Below are positions 1 through 9,391 of a DNA stretch of 41,705 nt, piece after piece. The translations under genes were made by a program, and so were the position numbers. Under the pieces are notes generated by a model that was not told where the DNA came from, made no database searches, and saw only the letters and a list, made by a program, of their open reading frames with translations. The DNA is from Methanomassiliicoccales archaeon (lineage in GTDB: Archaea; Thermoplasmatota; Thermoplasmata; Methanomassiliicoccales; UBA472), in assembly GCA_050014375.1 (NCBI GenBank), contig JBEKDM010000002.1, forward strand, positions 1 to 41,705. The letters are read 5' to 3'. The stretch's first letter is position 1, and each line of letters starts with the position of its first letter.

Positions 1-1
1 G

Positions 2-1444
2 AACCAGGGCATGCTCCACAGCGGCGCACGATATGCGGTCAAGGACCCGGAATCGGCAAAGGAATGCGCCACCGAGGCGAACATCCTAAGGAAGATCGCC
101 GCACCCTTCATCGAGGATATCGGCGGCCTTTTCGTTTCACTTCCAGAAGATGACTACGGTTTCGCTGAGAAGTTCAAACGGGGCTGCTCCAACTCTGGCG
201 TGGACGCTCGGGAACTGGACGTGGCCGAGGCGAGGGAGATGGAACCGTCCCTGAGCGGTGACATGGTCCGGGCTTTCTGGGTCGATGACGGTTCCATCGA
301 CCCTTTCGGCCTCACCCTGGCCAACATCGAGGATGCCCGGTCCAAGGGGGCCAGGATCCGCAATTATTGCGAGGTCGTCGGGCTGGACGTCAAGGACTAC
401 TCGATCGAGACGGTCCGGTTCAAGGACCACCGAAGTGGCATCATCGAGTCGCTGAACCCGAGCGTTGTGGTAAACGCTGCAGGGGCCTGGTCCTCCAGCA
501 TAGCCAGCATGGCCGGTCAGAAGCTCTCGCTGCGAATTGACAAGGGAAGCATGGTGGTGTTGAACGGGCGTCTCTGCCGAATGGTCGTTAACCGGCTGAG
601 GCTACCTGCCGACGGAGACATTGTGGTCCCCAATCACTCTTCAACGATCATCGGGACGACCTCCAGCGGCGTAACCTCAGGAGATGGGAATGGCCCCACT
701 GAGGCGGAGGCCTCCTTCCTTCTCAGGGAGACGGCAAAGGTTGTCCCGGGCATCGTCAGCGCCAGGGCGGTCCGCGCCTATTGCGGCGTGAGGCCCCTTA
801 TCCCTGCGGGCGGAGGAGGACGTTCTGCCAGCCGCAATTTCAAGATCATTGACCACGCTGGCTCGGGTATCGATAACCTGGTGAGCGTTATCGGGGGTAA
901 GTTGACGATCTACCGGCTCATGGCAGAGAAGGTCTCGGACGTGGCCTGCCAAAAGATCAACAACCCCAACAAGTGCCGGACCGCCAAAGAAGTTGTCTCG
1001 GAGATGCTTTCCATCGAATCTGTTCCCGGCATCCATGACATGGCGCTCCTGCGAATGGCAAAGAAGAACGGTTCAGCATACCAGAATGTGTTGGAGCAAT
1101 GCGTTTCATACCCTCGAGGAAAGGAAGAGGTCTGCACCTGCGAGAGGGTGCTGCGAGGGGAGATCCAATACCATCTGAAGAAGGGTGACGTGCGGGACGC
1201 CTCCGATCTCATCAAACGAACGAGGATCGGAATGGGATATTGCCAGGGAGGATTCTGTATGCTCGGCCTTACGTCGGTGGCAATGGGCGTCTCCAAGACC
1301 GCCCCCATCGAGTACATCGACAGCTTCCTCAACGAACGCAATAAGGGCATTTCACCTATCTTAGTCGGAGAACAGCTCCGCCAGGAGATGTTCAAGGCGC
1401 ACCTGCTTCGTGGCGTCTATGGCATCAGGGAGGAATCCAGATGA
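2..1444 (+). CDS. glpA: Anaerobic glycerol-3-phosphate dehydrogenase subunit A (FAD-dependent). The 5' end is cut by the window edge.
   Basis: The frame is open from base 2 (NQG precedes the first Met). It has LHSGARYAVKDPESAKEC, typical of GlpA/GlpD. The C-terminal BFD-like 2Fe-2S Cys pattern is CTCERV...GMGYCQGGFC. The stop overlaps the next start (ATGA at 1441-1444). Confidence 0.85.
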   Translation, partial: NQGMLHSGARYAVKDPESAKECATEANILRKIAAPFIEDIGGLFVSLPEDDYGFAEKFKRGCSNSGVDARELDVAEAREMEPSLSGDMVRAFWVDDGSIDPFGLTLANIEDARSKGARIRNYCEVVGLDVKDYSIETVRFKDHRSGIIESLNPSVVVNAAGAWSSSIASMAGQKLSLRIDKGSMVVLNGRLCRMVVNRLRLPADGDIVVPNHSSTIIGTTSSGVTSGDGNGPTEAEASFLLRETAKVVPGIVSARAVRAYCGVRPLIPAGGGGRSASRNFKIIDHAGSGIDNLVSVIGGKLTIYRLMAEKVSDVACQKINNPNKCRTAKEVVSEMLSIESVPGIHDMALLRMAKKNGSAYQNVLEQCVSYPRGKEEVCTCERVLRGEIQYHLKKGDVRDASDLIKRTRIGMGYCQGGFCMLGLTSVAMGVSKTAPIEYIDSFLNERNKGISPILVGEQLRQEMFKAHLLRGVYGIREESR

Positions 1445-2532
1445 GGCATCTCGACCCGGTGAGAACCGATTTCCTAGTCATCGGGGGAGGAGCGGCGGGC
1501 ATGCTGGTCGCCACCTACCTCTCGGAACGCAGGAGGGATGTGGCGTTGGTCGATACCGGCACTTCTTGCACCGCCCTTTCGACCGGATGTTTCAACGGCA
1601 CGGGCATTAATGAGAACATGCTGGACTTCCTGTTGCCCAGACTCATGTCCAACGGATTGAACATGATCCGTTACGGGGAACAGATGCTGTTGCTGGGTAA
1701 CGCCGGCAACCGGTACCGTTGCAGGCTGGCCCCAAAATATACTGCTCTGGGGACATTGGAAACAATGCAGCGATCCAGGCTTGCCGTTGTCGGTATCGAA
1801 GGCAACTCCGAGGTGGACCCGGAACTGATTTGCTCGCATTTAAGGCAAGATGCTGGCTTCAAGGCTGATCCGGTGCACATCCCCTACAGGGAGAGTATGT
1901 CCCTGAACGCGTTGTGCGACGCATTAAAGCATGTTGATGCCGACGCGATCATGCTACCGCCGTTATTCCCTCTTCGTGACTACAACGCCGCCATGCTCGA
2001 GTTGAATGAGCGTACAGGAAGGGCCGTCTTCGAGCCGGTAACGCCACTGTCTCTGCCGGGGTTGAGGCTGGCCGGGGCCATGCACGAGATGCTCTCCATC
2101 AGCGGCTGCCGGGTCATGGATCACCGCAGGGTGACCAAACTGATCCAGATCGGCGGTCGATACGATACTGCGATCGTGCAGACCCAGGGCACGACCCAGG
2201 AGGTCAACTTCTCCACCTTGATCATCGCGGGCGGCAACGCCATCGGTCCCGGCCTATCCATCTCGGGTAAAGAGGTGACCGACCCCTTCGAATCTTTCGG
2301 CATCACCCGCAAGCAGGAGAGCCAGGTCGGAATACCTATCACTCGGGCCCTATCCTCCGGATATGAGGTCGATGGAAGGTATAGGGTCATCATGAACAAC
2401 GGAAATTCTGCAGAGAATGTGTTCGCCTGCGGTTCCGCTCTTGCAGGCATCTCCTATCCATTGGGCAAAGGGCTCCTGGACGTGCTCGATTGTGCCTGGG
2501 ACGCCGCCCACTATGCGGAGGTGTCCAGATGA
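1441..2532 (+). CDS. glpB: Anaerobic glycerol-3-phosphate dehydrogenase subunit B
   Basis: The N-terminal FAD dinucleotide-fold motif is DFLVIGGGAAGMLVA. The gene sits between glpA and glpC with ATGA stop/start overlaps at both ends. Confidence 0.75.
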   Translation: MRHLDPVRTDFLVIGGGAAGMLVATYLSERRRDVALVDTGTSCTALSTGCFNGTGINENMLDFLLPRLMSNGLNMIRYGEQMLLLGNAGNRYRCRLAPKYTALGTLETMQRSRLAVVGIEGNSEVDPELICSHLRQDAGFKADPVHIPYRESMSLNALCDALKHVDADAIMLPPLFPLRDYNAAMLELNERTGRAVFEPVTPLSLPGLRLAGAMHEMLSISGCRVMDHRRVTKLIQIGGRYDTAIVQTQGTTQEVNFSTLIIAGGNAIGPGLSISGKEVTDPFESFGITRKQESQVGIPITRALSSGYEVDGRYRVIMNNGNSAENVFACGSALAGISYPLGKGLLDVLDCAWDAAHYAEVSR

Positions 2533-3560
2533 GCCGGCCGTTCAATGCGGACCGATGCATCAAGTGCGGCGCCTGCATGCGTGCATGCCCGGTCGTCCAT
2601 GAGGAAACGACCAGCACTTTCGATGGACCTCGCAGCCTGGCCGTCGACTCTTCGCGGTTCTCGCATGAGGTGAACTCGCTTAGGGACAACCTTTTCGCTT
2701 GCTCGATGTGCTGGAAGTGCGCTGACGTATGCCCTTCACGAATCGAGATGCCGCGGGCAATACAAAGGGCCAGGGCCGACATCTTCGATCGGAACGCGGC
2801 ACTGCCTGGGCACACTAAGATGATGCAGAACATCGATGTGGATGGCCTTTCGGTAAGGCGCGAGTTGGACCCATTGTCGCTTGGAGTGGAGAAGGCGTCG
2901 GTGCTCTACTTCCCAGGATGCATCGCTGGTCAGAAGTTCCGGAACATTGCGGACGGGGCGGTACGAACGCTGCTGCAGAACTCGACCGTACGTACGCCCT
3001 CTGGCTTGGTGTGTTGCGGCTCGCCTCTTGAGAAGGTGGGCGACCGGGTGCGCATGGAGGCGCTGAGAAAAAGGAACCTAAAGCTTTTCGAGGGCCGTTC
3101 CCAGGTGGTCACGTCCTGCCCTGGCTGCACCAGCCATATAAACGATCATTACGGGATCGAAGCCCTCCATATCGTTGAGTACCTGGTCGAGTCGGTGGGC
3201 CTGGCCAAGCTACGGTTCAGAAACCACGGCGTAGTCCGGGTCGTCCTGCACGAGCCATGTCACCTGAAACGGACGGTAGGGCCGCACGCCATCGATTACT
3301 GTTACGACATACTTCATTCCATGCCGGGCATCAGGGTCCTTGATATGGCCGAGCCGGACCGCTGCTGTGGCGGCGGAGGGGGTCTGTTGTCCGGATATCC
3401 GGACATCGCCATGGACTTGGCCAAGACGAAGATGGAAGATGCCGCGGCCAGCGGCGCCGATGTCGTTCTCGCCCCCTGCCCGTTTTGCGTGCTCAACCTG
3501 AAGCAGGCCGGGGGCATGGACGTAATGGACCTCACTGAGTTCATTTCCTTCCGATTCTAG
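2529..3560 (+). CDS. glpC: Anaerobic glycerol-3-phosphate dehydrogenase subunit C (Fe-S / CCG-domain subunit)
   Basis: Two ferredoxin-type motifs (CIKCGACMRACP and CSMCWKCADVCP) are followed by two Cys-rich CCG-type regions (LVCCGSP, RCCGGGGG). I placed the start at the ATG at 2529, which overlaps the glpB stop, rather than the upstream ATG at 2490. Confidence 0.8.
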   Translation: MSRPFNADRCIKCGACMRACPVVHEETTSTFDGPRSLAVDSSRFSHEVNSLRDNLFACSMCWKCADVCPSRIEMPRAIQRARADIFDRNAALPGHTKMMQNIDVDGLSVRRELDPLSLGVEKASVLYFPGCIAGQKFRNIADGAVRTLLQNSTVRTPSGLVCCGSPLEKVGDRVRMEALRKRNLKLFEGRSQVVTSCPGCTSHINDHYGIEALHIVEYLVESVGLAKLRFRNHGVVRVVLHEPCHLKRTVGPHAIDYCYDILHSMPGIRVLDMAEPDRCCGGGGGLLSGYPDIAMDLAKTKMEDAAASGADVVLAPCPFCVLNLKQAGGMDVMDLTEFISFRF

Positions 3561-3584
3561 TTAGCGAAGCTGCTGTGCCAACGC

Positions 3585-3593
3585 TAAAATATA
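3585..3593 (+). promoter_or_regulatory. TATA-like box (TAAAATATA) upstream of the small 4-Cys ORF
   Basis: An A/T-rich octamer is centred about 29 nt upstream of the ATG at 3618. This spacing fits an archaeal leaderless or short-leader transcript. Confidence 0.35.
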
Positions 3594-3617
3594 CCATCTG
3601 CATCTTTTCGGTCATTT

Positions 3618-3827
3618 ATGACCAACGATCAAAAATGTTTTACGTGTCTACACAGAGAGATAAGACCTGAACTGGGAGTTAACGGTCAATTGATATACTG
3701 TCGGAGGAAAGAGATGGTGGTCAGACCAAAGACCGAATGCCCTCTCTATTCCAGGGCCACCAGGCAGTCCGTCAAGGAACTGCACCGCTCCATCTATGGC
3801 GAGATAGAAGAAGAGGTAGAAGAGTGA
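3618..3827 (+). CDS. Small hypothetical protein with four cysteines (possible zinc-binding) and an acidic tail
   Basis: The ORF is 69 aa. The Cys pattern is CFTC...(20 aa)...C...(14 aa)...C, and the C-terminus is EIEEEVEE. A TATA-like box lies upstream. I recognise no family. Confidence 0.45.
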   Translation: MTNDQKCFTCLHREIRPELGVNGQLIYCRRKEMVVRPKTECPLYSRATRQSVKELHRSIYGEIEEEVEE

Positions 3828-3828
3828 C

Positions 3829-4512
3829 CTAACGCCATTCCAGTAGCGCAGGACATGTCTCTGTGACCTCGCCCCTGATCTCGAAGGGCACCCATTGGCT
3901 GGAGGTCGGATATCCCCTCATGTGGCGAATCCTCATGCGCCGGTTCAGATCGTCGTCGAATTTGAGTTCGATTACACCATCGGCTATCGCCATTAAGTGA
4001 TTGACGGTCTTTTCGTCATGCACGCTGTCGTGTATCGAGAATATCATGGTACCGTAAGAGCTTCTCACTTTTGAGCTCGATATCTGGAAGAACTTCAGTA
4101 CCACGTTCGACTGATTGTACAAGAAGAGCGTGGAAAGGGTGTATAGGAAGACCCTCACCGGCCGGACGTGCTCGGAGGCGATGGCGTTCACGTTGAACAT
4201 GATCCCTTCCAGGTCTGAAACTGGCCGCACCTCGGACTTGGGGAACGAGGATCTCTCTTCGGTGGAACCAAGCAACGAGGAGTGGTAGTCCACGATAAAC
4301 AGCTTCTTGCCTAGGACCGCCTTGGTATCGATGCCGAACTGGCCCATCATAGTCATGATGTCCGATGGCAGCACATCGACGGTCACGAAGATGATGGATA
4401 CGTCTTCCGTCAGGTAGTCCTTGAGAATGCTGATATTGAACTCCAGCAAACCGATTCCTGGAGATCCGACCATCAGGATGGAGCTGTGATCGGGGAGGGA
4501 GGCTTTGATCAT
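3829..4512 (-). CDS. Single-domain KaiC/RecA-superfamily protein with a degenerate P-loop
   Basis: SILMVGSPGIGLLEF occupies the Walker A position, but the Lys-Thr/Ser is replaced by Leu-Leu. The protein has a RecA-like beta-strand/helix pattern and a hydrophobic strand, LFIVDYHS, at the Walker B-like position. A strong SD (GAGGTGA) lies 6 nt upstream of the ATG, and the gene starts 9 nt downstream of the preceding gene. Confidence 0.7.
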   Translation of the reverse strand: MIKASLPDHSSILMVGSPGIGLLEFNISILKDYLTEDVSIIFVTVDVLPSDIMTMMGQFGIDTKAVLGKKLFIVDYHSSLLGSTEERSSFPKSEVRPVSDLEGIMFNVNAIASEHVRPVRVFLYTLSTLFLYNQSNVVLKFFQISSSKVRSSYGTMIFSIHDSVHDEKTVNHLMAIADGVIELKFDDDLNRRMRIRHMRGYPTSSQWVPFEIRGEVTETCPALLEWR

Positions 4513-4521
4513 TTTTTCACC

Positions 4522-5988
4522 TCACACAATCGGGGTGAGCGAGATGTTTCCTCCCCGCTCCCTTGCCTCCACGGCCAATGCATTGCATTCAGTGAACGGT
4601 TCCTCTCCGAACATCACGACCGTGCCTCCGATCCTTTCCACTTTGATGTGCAGGTTCGCCAAATCGGCCAGTCGTTGCGTCGACTTGGTGGAGGGCGACG
4701 TGATTCCGACAAAGATCCCGTTGTTGCGCTTGATTGCCGCCAGGTGGTCGGGAATCTGGTCCATGACCTTGTCCCCGTAGATCGATTCGAGCGAGTCGAA
4801 ACCGATCAGAGAAAGCAGCGGCGAATCGGTGTTCCCGAGCGCGTAGGATATCGATTTCCATTTGTAGTCCGAGGCCGGGGATGATCCTTCCACTGGCATG
4901 ACGTATGGTGCCCCGGCCACCTCCATCTGTGCCGCCAGTTCAGGGATCCTCACGTTCTTCTCGAACTGCTCCTTGGCCAGCATACCGATCATCTGATTCT
5001 TGGCCGCTTCGGCCGACGTCTTACGGGTCGGAAGCCAGAATACACCACGGTTCAATGAGACGAAGTTAGCAACCATGGCCCTTTCCAACATCCCGCTTAT
5101 GGCCGTGGGGATGCCGTGACCAAGTTCAATAAGCGTCATGGAGCCCTTCTCCATGCCACCCCTCACCAAGCGGTCCAGATCAGTAAGTCCGAACGACAGC
5201 TTCCCGGTCGCATCTTCCACCGGTTTCCATTTTTCTGGGTGCTTGACCTCGTTCTCCCACAGGTTGGCAAAGGTCTGGATACGAGAGGTCTTGAGTGTGA
5301 ACAAATACTTGGGCTGGGCGATCTCGCAGCCCCTCAGTTTCAGGATGTCGATCTCCCTGATGCGACGTAGCTGATAGTCAGCTAACCCCAGGATGATGAC
5401 CCCGTCTCCCAGATAGTCGAGCTTCATCTCGTTATTCTCAAGGACAAAAAGAACATTGGAACCATATCCTTCGACCAGGTCCTTTTGGATGGCGGTGATC
5501 AGAGATGCACAGCTCATGCTGTATCTTTCGGCCATGGCGTCGATGGAGTCGATGATGATGAGCGAACGAGCAGGGAACGATCCTTCCACCACATCATAGA
5601 CATGCTCGAGGTCCCCCAGGTCTTTCCCGATCATGACCGTCATCTCCTTCTTCGCGGTGCCAATGCTTTGCACCCCTAGGCCCTTTAGCTTGCTGAGGCC
5701 GCTGCGATGCTTGCCTACAACATCCTCTTTCTTCTGATCGGCAGTACCGCAGGCTGGCATGAGTTTTTCGGTCAGCCAGGGAAACTGGGTAATCAATGAA
5801 TGATCGGATACCCGCATGGAGAAGTAGAAACTGTTTTCGATTTGGGCAAGGTCTTCGATCGCCTGCAGCGCAAAAGTGGTCTTTCCTGTACCGGCATTTC
5901 CGCGGAGAATAAGCGAATGACCTCCCGGATTCATGAAGAATTGATATATCTCAGCTGGAATCCTGCGGTTCTCTTCGGAACTAATCAA
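4522..5988 (-). CDS. Two-domain KaiC/GvpD-like RecA-superfamily ATPase (N-domain intact, C-domain P-loop degenerate)
   Basis: The N-domain has Walker A (LILRGNAGTGKTTFAL) and Walker B (SLIIIDSIDAM). The second RecA-like domain reads SMTLIELGHGIPTAIS in place of a P-loop. The start is TTG, because the conserved N-terminus IPAEIYQFF precedes the first ATG. Confidence 0.75.
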   Translation of the reverse strand: MISSEENRRIPAEIYQFFMNPGGHSLILRGNAGTGKTTFALQAIEDLAQIENSFYFSMRVSDHSLITQFPWLTEKLMPACGTADQKKEDVVGKHRSGLSKLKGLGVQSIGTAKKEMTVMIGKDLGDLEHVYDVVEGSFPARSLIIIDSIDAMAERYSMSCASLITAIQKDLVEGYGSNVLFVLENNEMKLDYLGDGVIILGLADYQLRRIREIDILKLRGCEIAQPKYLFTLKTSRIQTFANLWENEVKHPEKWKPVEDATGKLSFGLTDLDRLVRGGMEKGSMTLIELGHGIPTAISGMLERAMVANFVSLNRGVFWLPTRKTSAEAAKNQMIGMLAKEQFEKNVRIPELAAQMEVAGAPYVMPVEGSSPASDYKWKSISYALGNTDSPLLSLIGFDSLESIYGDKVMDQIPDHLAAIKRNNGIFVGITSPSTKSTQRLADLANLHIKVERIGGTVVMFGEEPFTECNALAVEARERGGNISLTPIV

Positions 5989-6372
5989 CTAAACTCATCC
6001 CCGTGTAATAATGACTAGGCACTGAGACTTAGAACTCTGCTTCGGTTAATGCCCGTTTTGTTCTAATTATCAATAGTCGAAAATGATACTTAATCCATTT
6101 CATCGTGAAATCAATTCCAAGAAGCCACTCTTCTGTTTTGTTCGGTTAAATCGGATCTTGCATGGTCGAATGAGGACGAGAACATTGAAGATTTCTGGAA
6201 TATCTGAATAGCGATATCCATTCAGTCATTAGGATCCAGCATTGAATGATATACATTAATTTATCAACTTTCTAAGCATCGCAATGGGATTGTTAGAGCC
6301 TTCCAAACTATTCTAGATGAAATCCTTTTTCCAACATAAGTCAAAGAAATCCTTAGAAAGTTATTATAGCGA

Positions 6373-7596
6373 TTGACGCCAATGGCGCATGGAAGGGGCG
6401 GTACAATACAGGCCATCATTCTAGCTGCGGGAGAAGGCACCAGACTTCAGCCTTTCACAATGTCAAAGCCCAAGGTCATGTTACCAATCGGTAACAAGCC
6501 AATCCTTGCCTATGTCGTGAAAGCGTTGGTGGACAACGGTCTAGTAGACATCATTATGATCGTAGGCTACAAGAAAGAGCGCATAATGTCATTCTTCGGC
6601 GATGGTTCGAAGTTTGGGGCGAAGATCACGTACGTGGTCCAGGAAAAGCAGCTCGGCACCGCCCACGCCCTATTACAAGCAAAGGATCTGGTCCAGGAGG
6701 ACTTTGTCCTGGTAGCTGGCGACAATATAATAGACAAAGAAAACATTTTAAGAATTATTCAGCATGATAACAATCCATCTGTGCTCGTCACCGATAGCGA
6801 AGAGCCATCAAAGTATGGCGTCTTCAATCTCGATGACGACCGTGTCGCCAGAATTACCGAGAAGCCGGAATTGAAGATGGGGAACATTATCAACACAGGG
6901 GCCTACCATTTCAACAAGGACATCTTCTTGATGATCGAGGAAGGGGTGAAGTCAGGCATGTATGGTATTACCCAGGTGCTTCGATCGAATATAAAGAATA
7001 TCAAGCTTGATGCGATCCGTACCAATAAGGGTTGGAGCGATGCGGTCTATCCATGGGATCTCATAAAGCTTAACGAAAAATTCCTTGAGCTACATGGCCA
7101 GGAAATATCTGGAATCGTAGAGCCGGGGGTGGTCTTGAAGGGACCAGTTAGAATCGGTACTGGCTCTCGGATCCGAACCGGAACTTACTTACAAGGGCCG
7201 GTGGTAATAGGTAATGGCTGCGACATCGGGCCGCACGTGGCCATCTTCCCATCGACCAGCATCGGCAATAATGTGCAGATCGGACCCTTTACAAGCATTA
7301 ACAATTCACTTATCATGAACAGCGTAAAGATAGGTTCGCACTCACACCTGGGGAACGCGGTCATAGACGACGGCGTTTCGATAAAAGGAGCGCTTTCTGC
7401 CTTCGTTGGCCCGGCACACGTCAGAGTGGAAGGCGAATTCTTCAAGGTGGAGGAGATCGGGGCGATGATCGGAGAGGACACCCGTATCCACTCCCGGGTC
7501 GTGCTCACGCCCGGATCTATTATCGGCGCGGGTTGTCGGATCGGGGACGGCGCGACCATCAGAGGAAACTTGGAAAATAAAAGCGTTGTGATCTGA
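6373..7596 (+). CDS. Sugar-1-phosphate nucleotidylyltransferase fused to a left-handed beta-helix acyltransferase domain (archaeal GlmU-type, probably UDP-GlcNAc synthesis)
   Basis: The nucleotidyltransferase signature is ILAAGEGTRLQPFTMSKPKVMLPI. The C-terminal half has hexapeptide-like repeats (IGNGCDIGPHVAI, IGNNVQIGPFTSI, IGAGCRIGDGATI). It lies directly upstream of glmS. The start is either TTG at 6373 or ATG at 6382. Confidence 0.85.
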   Translation: MTPMAHGRGGTIQAIILAAGEGTRLQPFTMSKPKVMLPIGNKPILAYVVKALVDNGLVDIIMIVGYKKERIMSFFGDGSKFGAKITYVVQEKQLGTAHALLQAKDLVQEDFVLVAGDNIIDKENILRIIQHDNNPSVLVTDSEEPSKYGVFNLDDDRVARITEKPELKMGNIINTGAYHFNKDIFLMIEEGVKSGMYGITQVLRSNIKNIKLDAIRTNKGWSDAVYPWDLIKLNEKFLELHGQEISGIVEPGVVLKGPVRIGTGSRIRTGTYLQGPVVIGNGCDIGPHVAIFPSTSIGNNVQIGPFTSINNSLIMNSVKIGSHSHLGNAVIDDGVSIKGALSAFVGPAHVRVEGEFFKVEEIGAMIGEDTRIHSRVVLTPGSIIGAGCRIGDGATIRGNLENKSVVI

Positions 7597-7597
7597 G

Positions 7598-9391
7598 ATG
7601 TGCGGCATCATAGGATATACTGGATACAGACAGGCATCGTCGGTATTGCTGGATGCTTTGAAGCGATTGGAATATCGGGGTTACGACTCGGCAGGAATTG
7701 CCATAAATTCCAACCCATCCATGGTGGTTTACAAAAAGAAGGGAGAAATCAAAGAACTGATAAAGATCCTACCTCCAATCGATGGAAATGTGGGCATAGG
7801 CCATACCCGCTGGGCATCGTGCGGAAAACCCTCCGATGAGAATGCCCATCCGTTCCGTGACTGCGAAAAGGGCATCGCCGTCGTCCACAATGGCATTATC
7901 GAGAACTACATGTCCCTGAAGAAGATGCTCGAGGATGAAGGTCATACGTTCACCTCCCAGACCGACACAGAGGTCATCGTGCACCTGATGGAGAAGTACT
8001 ATGAGGGCGACATGCACGAGGCTTTAAGGAAGACCGTGGCGACCATACGTGGAACGTACGCCATAGCGGCCCTCAAGGAGGGCAGCAATGAGATCGTCGC
8101 GGCACGCAAGGAGAACCCCATGGTCATCGGCCTGGGCGTCAAAGAGAATTTCGTGGCTTCGGACGTTACGGCATTGCTGGCGTACACGAACAAGGTCCTT
8201 TACATTCTGGACGGAGAGACGGTCAAAATCATGCCAGATGTGGTCCAGGTGTTCGACAAGGACGGCGTGCTGGTAACTAGAAAGCAGGAGATCGTCACGT
8301 GGAACGCAGAGGATGCCCAGAAGGGAGGCTTCGAACATTTCATGCTCAAGGAGATATTCGAAGAACCGTCCGCTATCCACAACTCCATACTTGGGGTGCA
8401 GAACCTTGTGGAAGGAGAGCTGCTCCCGAACGCCAGTTTCAATTCCATAAAGATCGTTGGTTGTGGGACGTCGTTCAACGCTGCCATGGTAGGGAAGTAC
8501 ATCATGGAGGAGTTCGCAAAAATCCCCACCACTCTGGAACTAGCATCAGAATACCGTTACTCGCCAGGAGCAAAGGAAACGCCCCTGGTCATACTGGTGT
8601 CCCAGAGCGGAGAGACGGCCGACACGCTGGCCGCAGCCCGCGAGGCAAAGCGCCGGGGCTGTCGCACGTTGGGTATCACTAACGTTGTGGGAAGTTCGTT
8701 GACCCGTGAGGTGGACGAGGTGTTCTATACCCACGCAGGCCCGGAGATCGGTGTCGCGGCCACCAAGACCTACATCACCCAACTGATCGCCATGTACATC
8801 ATCGGCATACGAATCGGATATGCCAAGCGGGAGCTCAGCTACGATTCCATGTGGAACGCCCTTTCCGCTCTTAGGTCGGCGCCGTCGGTGGTCCGATCCG
8901 TTCTCGACCGGGCGGCCGAGATCGAGGAGGCGGCCGACTTCATCAAGGATTCCCGGGACATATTCTTCATCGGTCGGAACATCAACTACCCGACCATGCT
9001 GGAAGGTGCACTGAAGCTGAAGGAGATATCCTATATCCACGCTGAGGGGTTCGCCGCCGGAGAATTGAAACACGGACCGTTGGCATTGCTCGACTCGAAG
9101 ACACCGGTCATCGCCGTTTGCCTTTCAAAGGACCATACCTACGACAAGATGATGGCGAACATCTCCGAAGTGGTGGCCAGGGACTCACCTGTGGTGTCGA
9201 TCGGCCTAGAGAACGACCGCGAATTGGCCCAGATATCCGACCGGGTGCTCACCGTGCCCTGCACACCTTCGATCTTCTCTCCGATACCGGTGACGATCGT
9301 GGTACAGTTGCTCGCCTACTATGTGGCCAAGAAGAAGAATTGCTCCATCGACAAGCCGAAGAACCTGGCCAAGAGCGTCACCATCGAGTGA
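7598..9391 (+). CDS. glmS: Glutamine--fructose-6-phosphate aminotransferase (isomerizing)
   Basis: The N-terminal nucleophile is MCGIIGY, followed by a class-II amidotransferase domain and two SIS domains (SQSGETADTL). The C-terminus ends in the typical ...KSVTIE. Confidence 0.95.
   Translation: MCGIIGYTGYRQASSVLLDALKRLEYRGYDSAGIAINSNPSMVVYKKKGEIKELIKILPPIDGNVGIGHTRWASCGKPSDENAHPFRDCEKGIAVVHNGIIENYMSLKKMLEDEGHTFTSQTDTEVIVHLMEKYYEGDMHEALRKTVATIRGTYAIAALKEGSNEIVAARKENPMVIGLGVKENFVASDVTALLAYTNKVLYILDGETVKIMPDVVQVFDKDGVLVTRKQEIVTWNAEDAQKGGFEHFMLKEIFEEPSAIHNSILGVQNLVEGELLPNASFNSIKIVGCGTSFNAAMVGKYIMEEFAKIPTTLELASEYRYSPGAKETPLVILVSQSGETADTLAAAREAKRRGCRTLGITNVVGSSLTREVDEVFYTHAGPEIGVAATKTYITQLIAMYIIGIRIGYAKRELSYDSMWNALSALRSAPSVVRSVLDRAAEIEEAADFIKDSRDIFFIGRNINYPTMLEGALKLKEISYIHAEGFAAGELKHGPLALLDSKTPVIAVCLSKDHTYDKMMANISEVVARDSPVVSIGLENDRELAQISDRVLTVPCTPSIFSPIPVTIVVQLLAYYVAKKKNCSIDKPKNLAKSVTIE

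Noticed and set aside
5989-6372. Possible replication origin in the AT-rich spacer
   Set aside because: There is no adjacent orc1/cdc6 gene and I could not find clear ORB-type long inverted repeats. The short repeats seen are reported as a low-interest finding instead.
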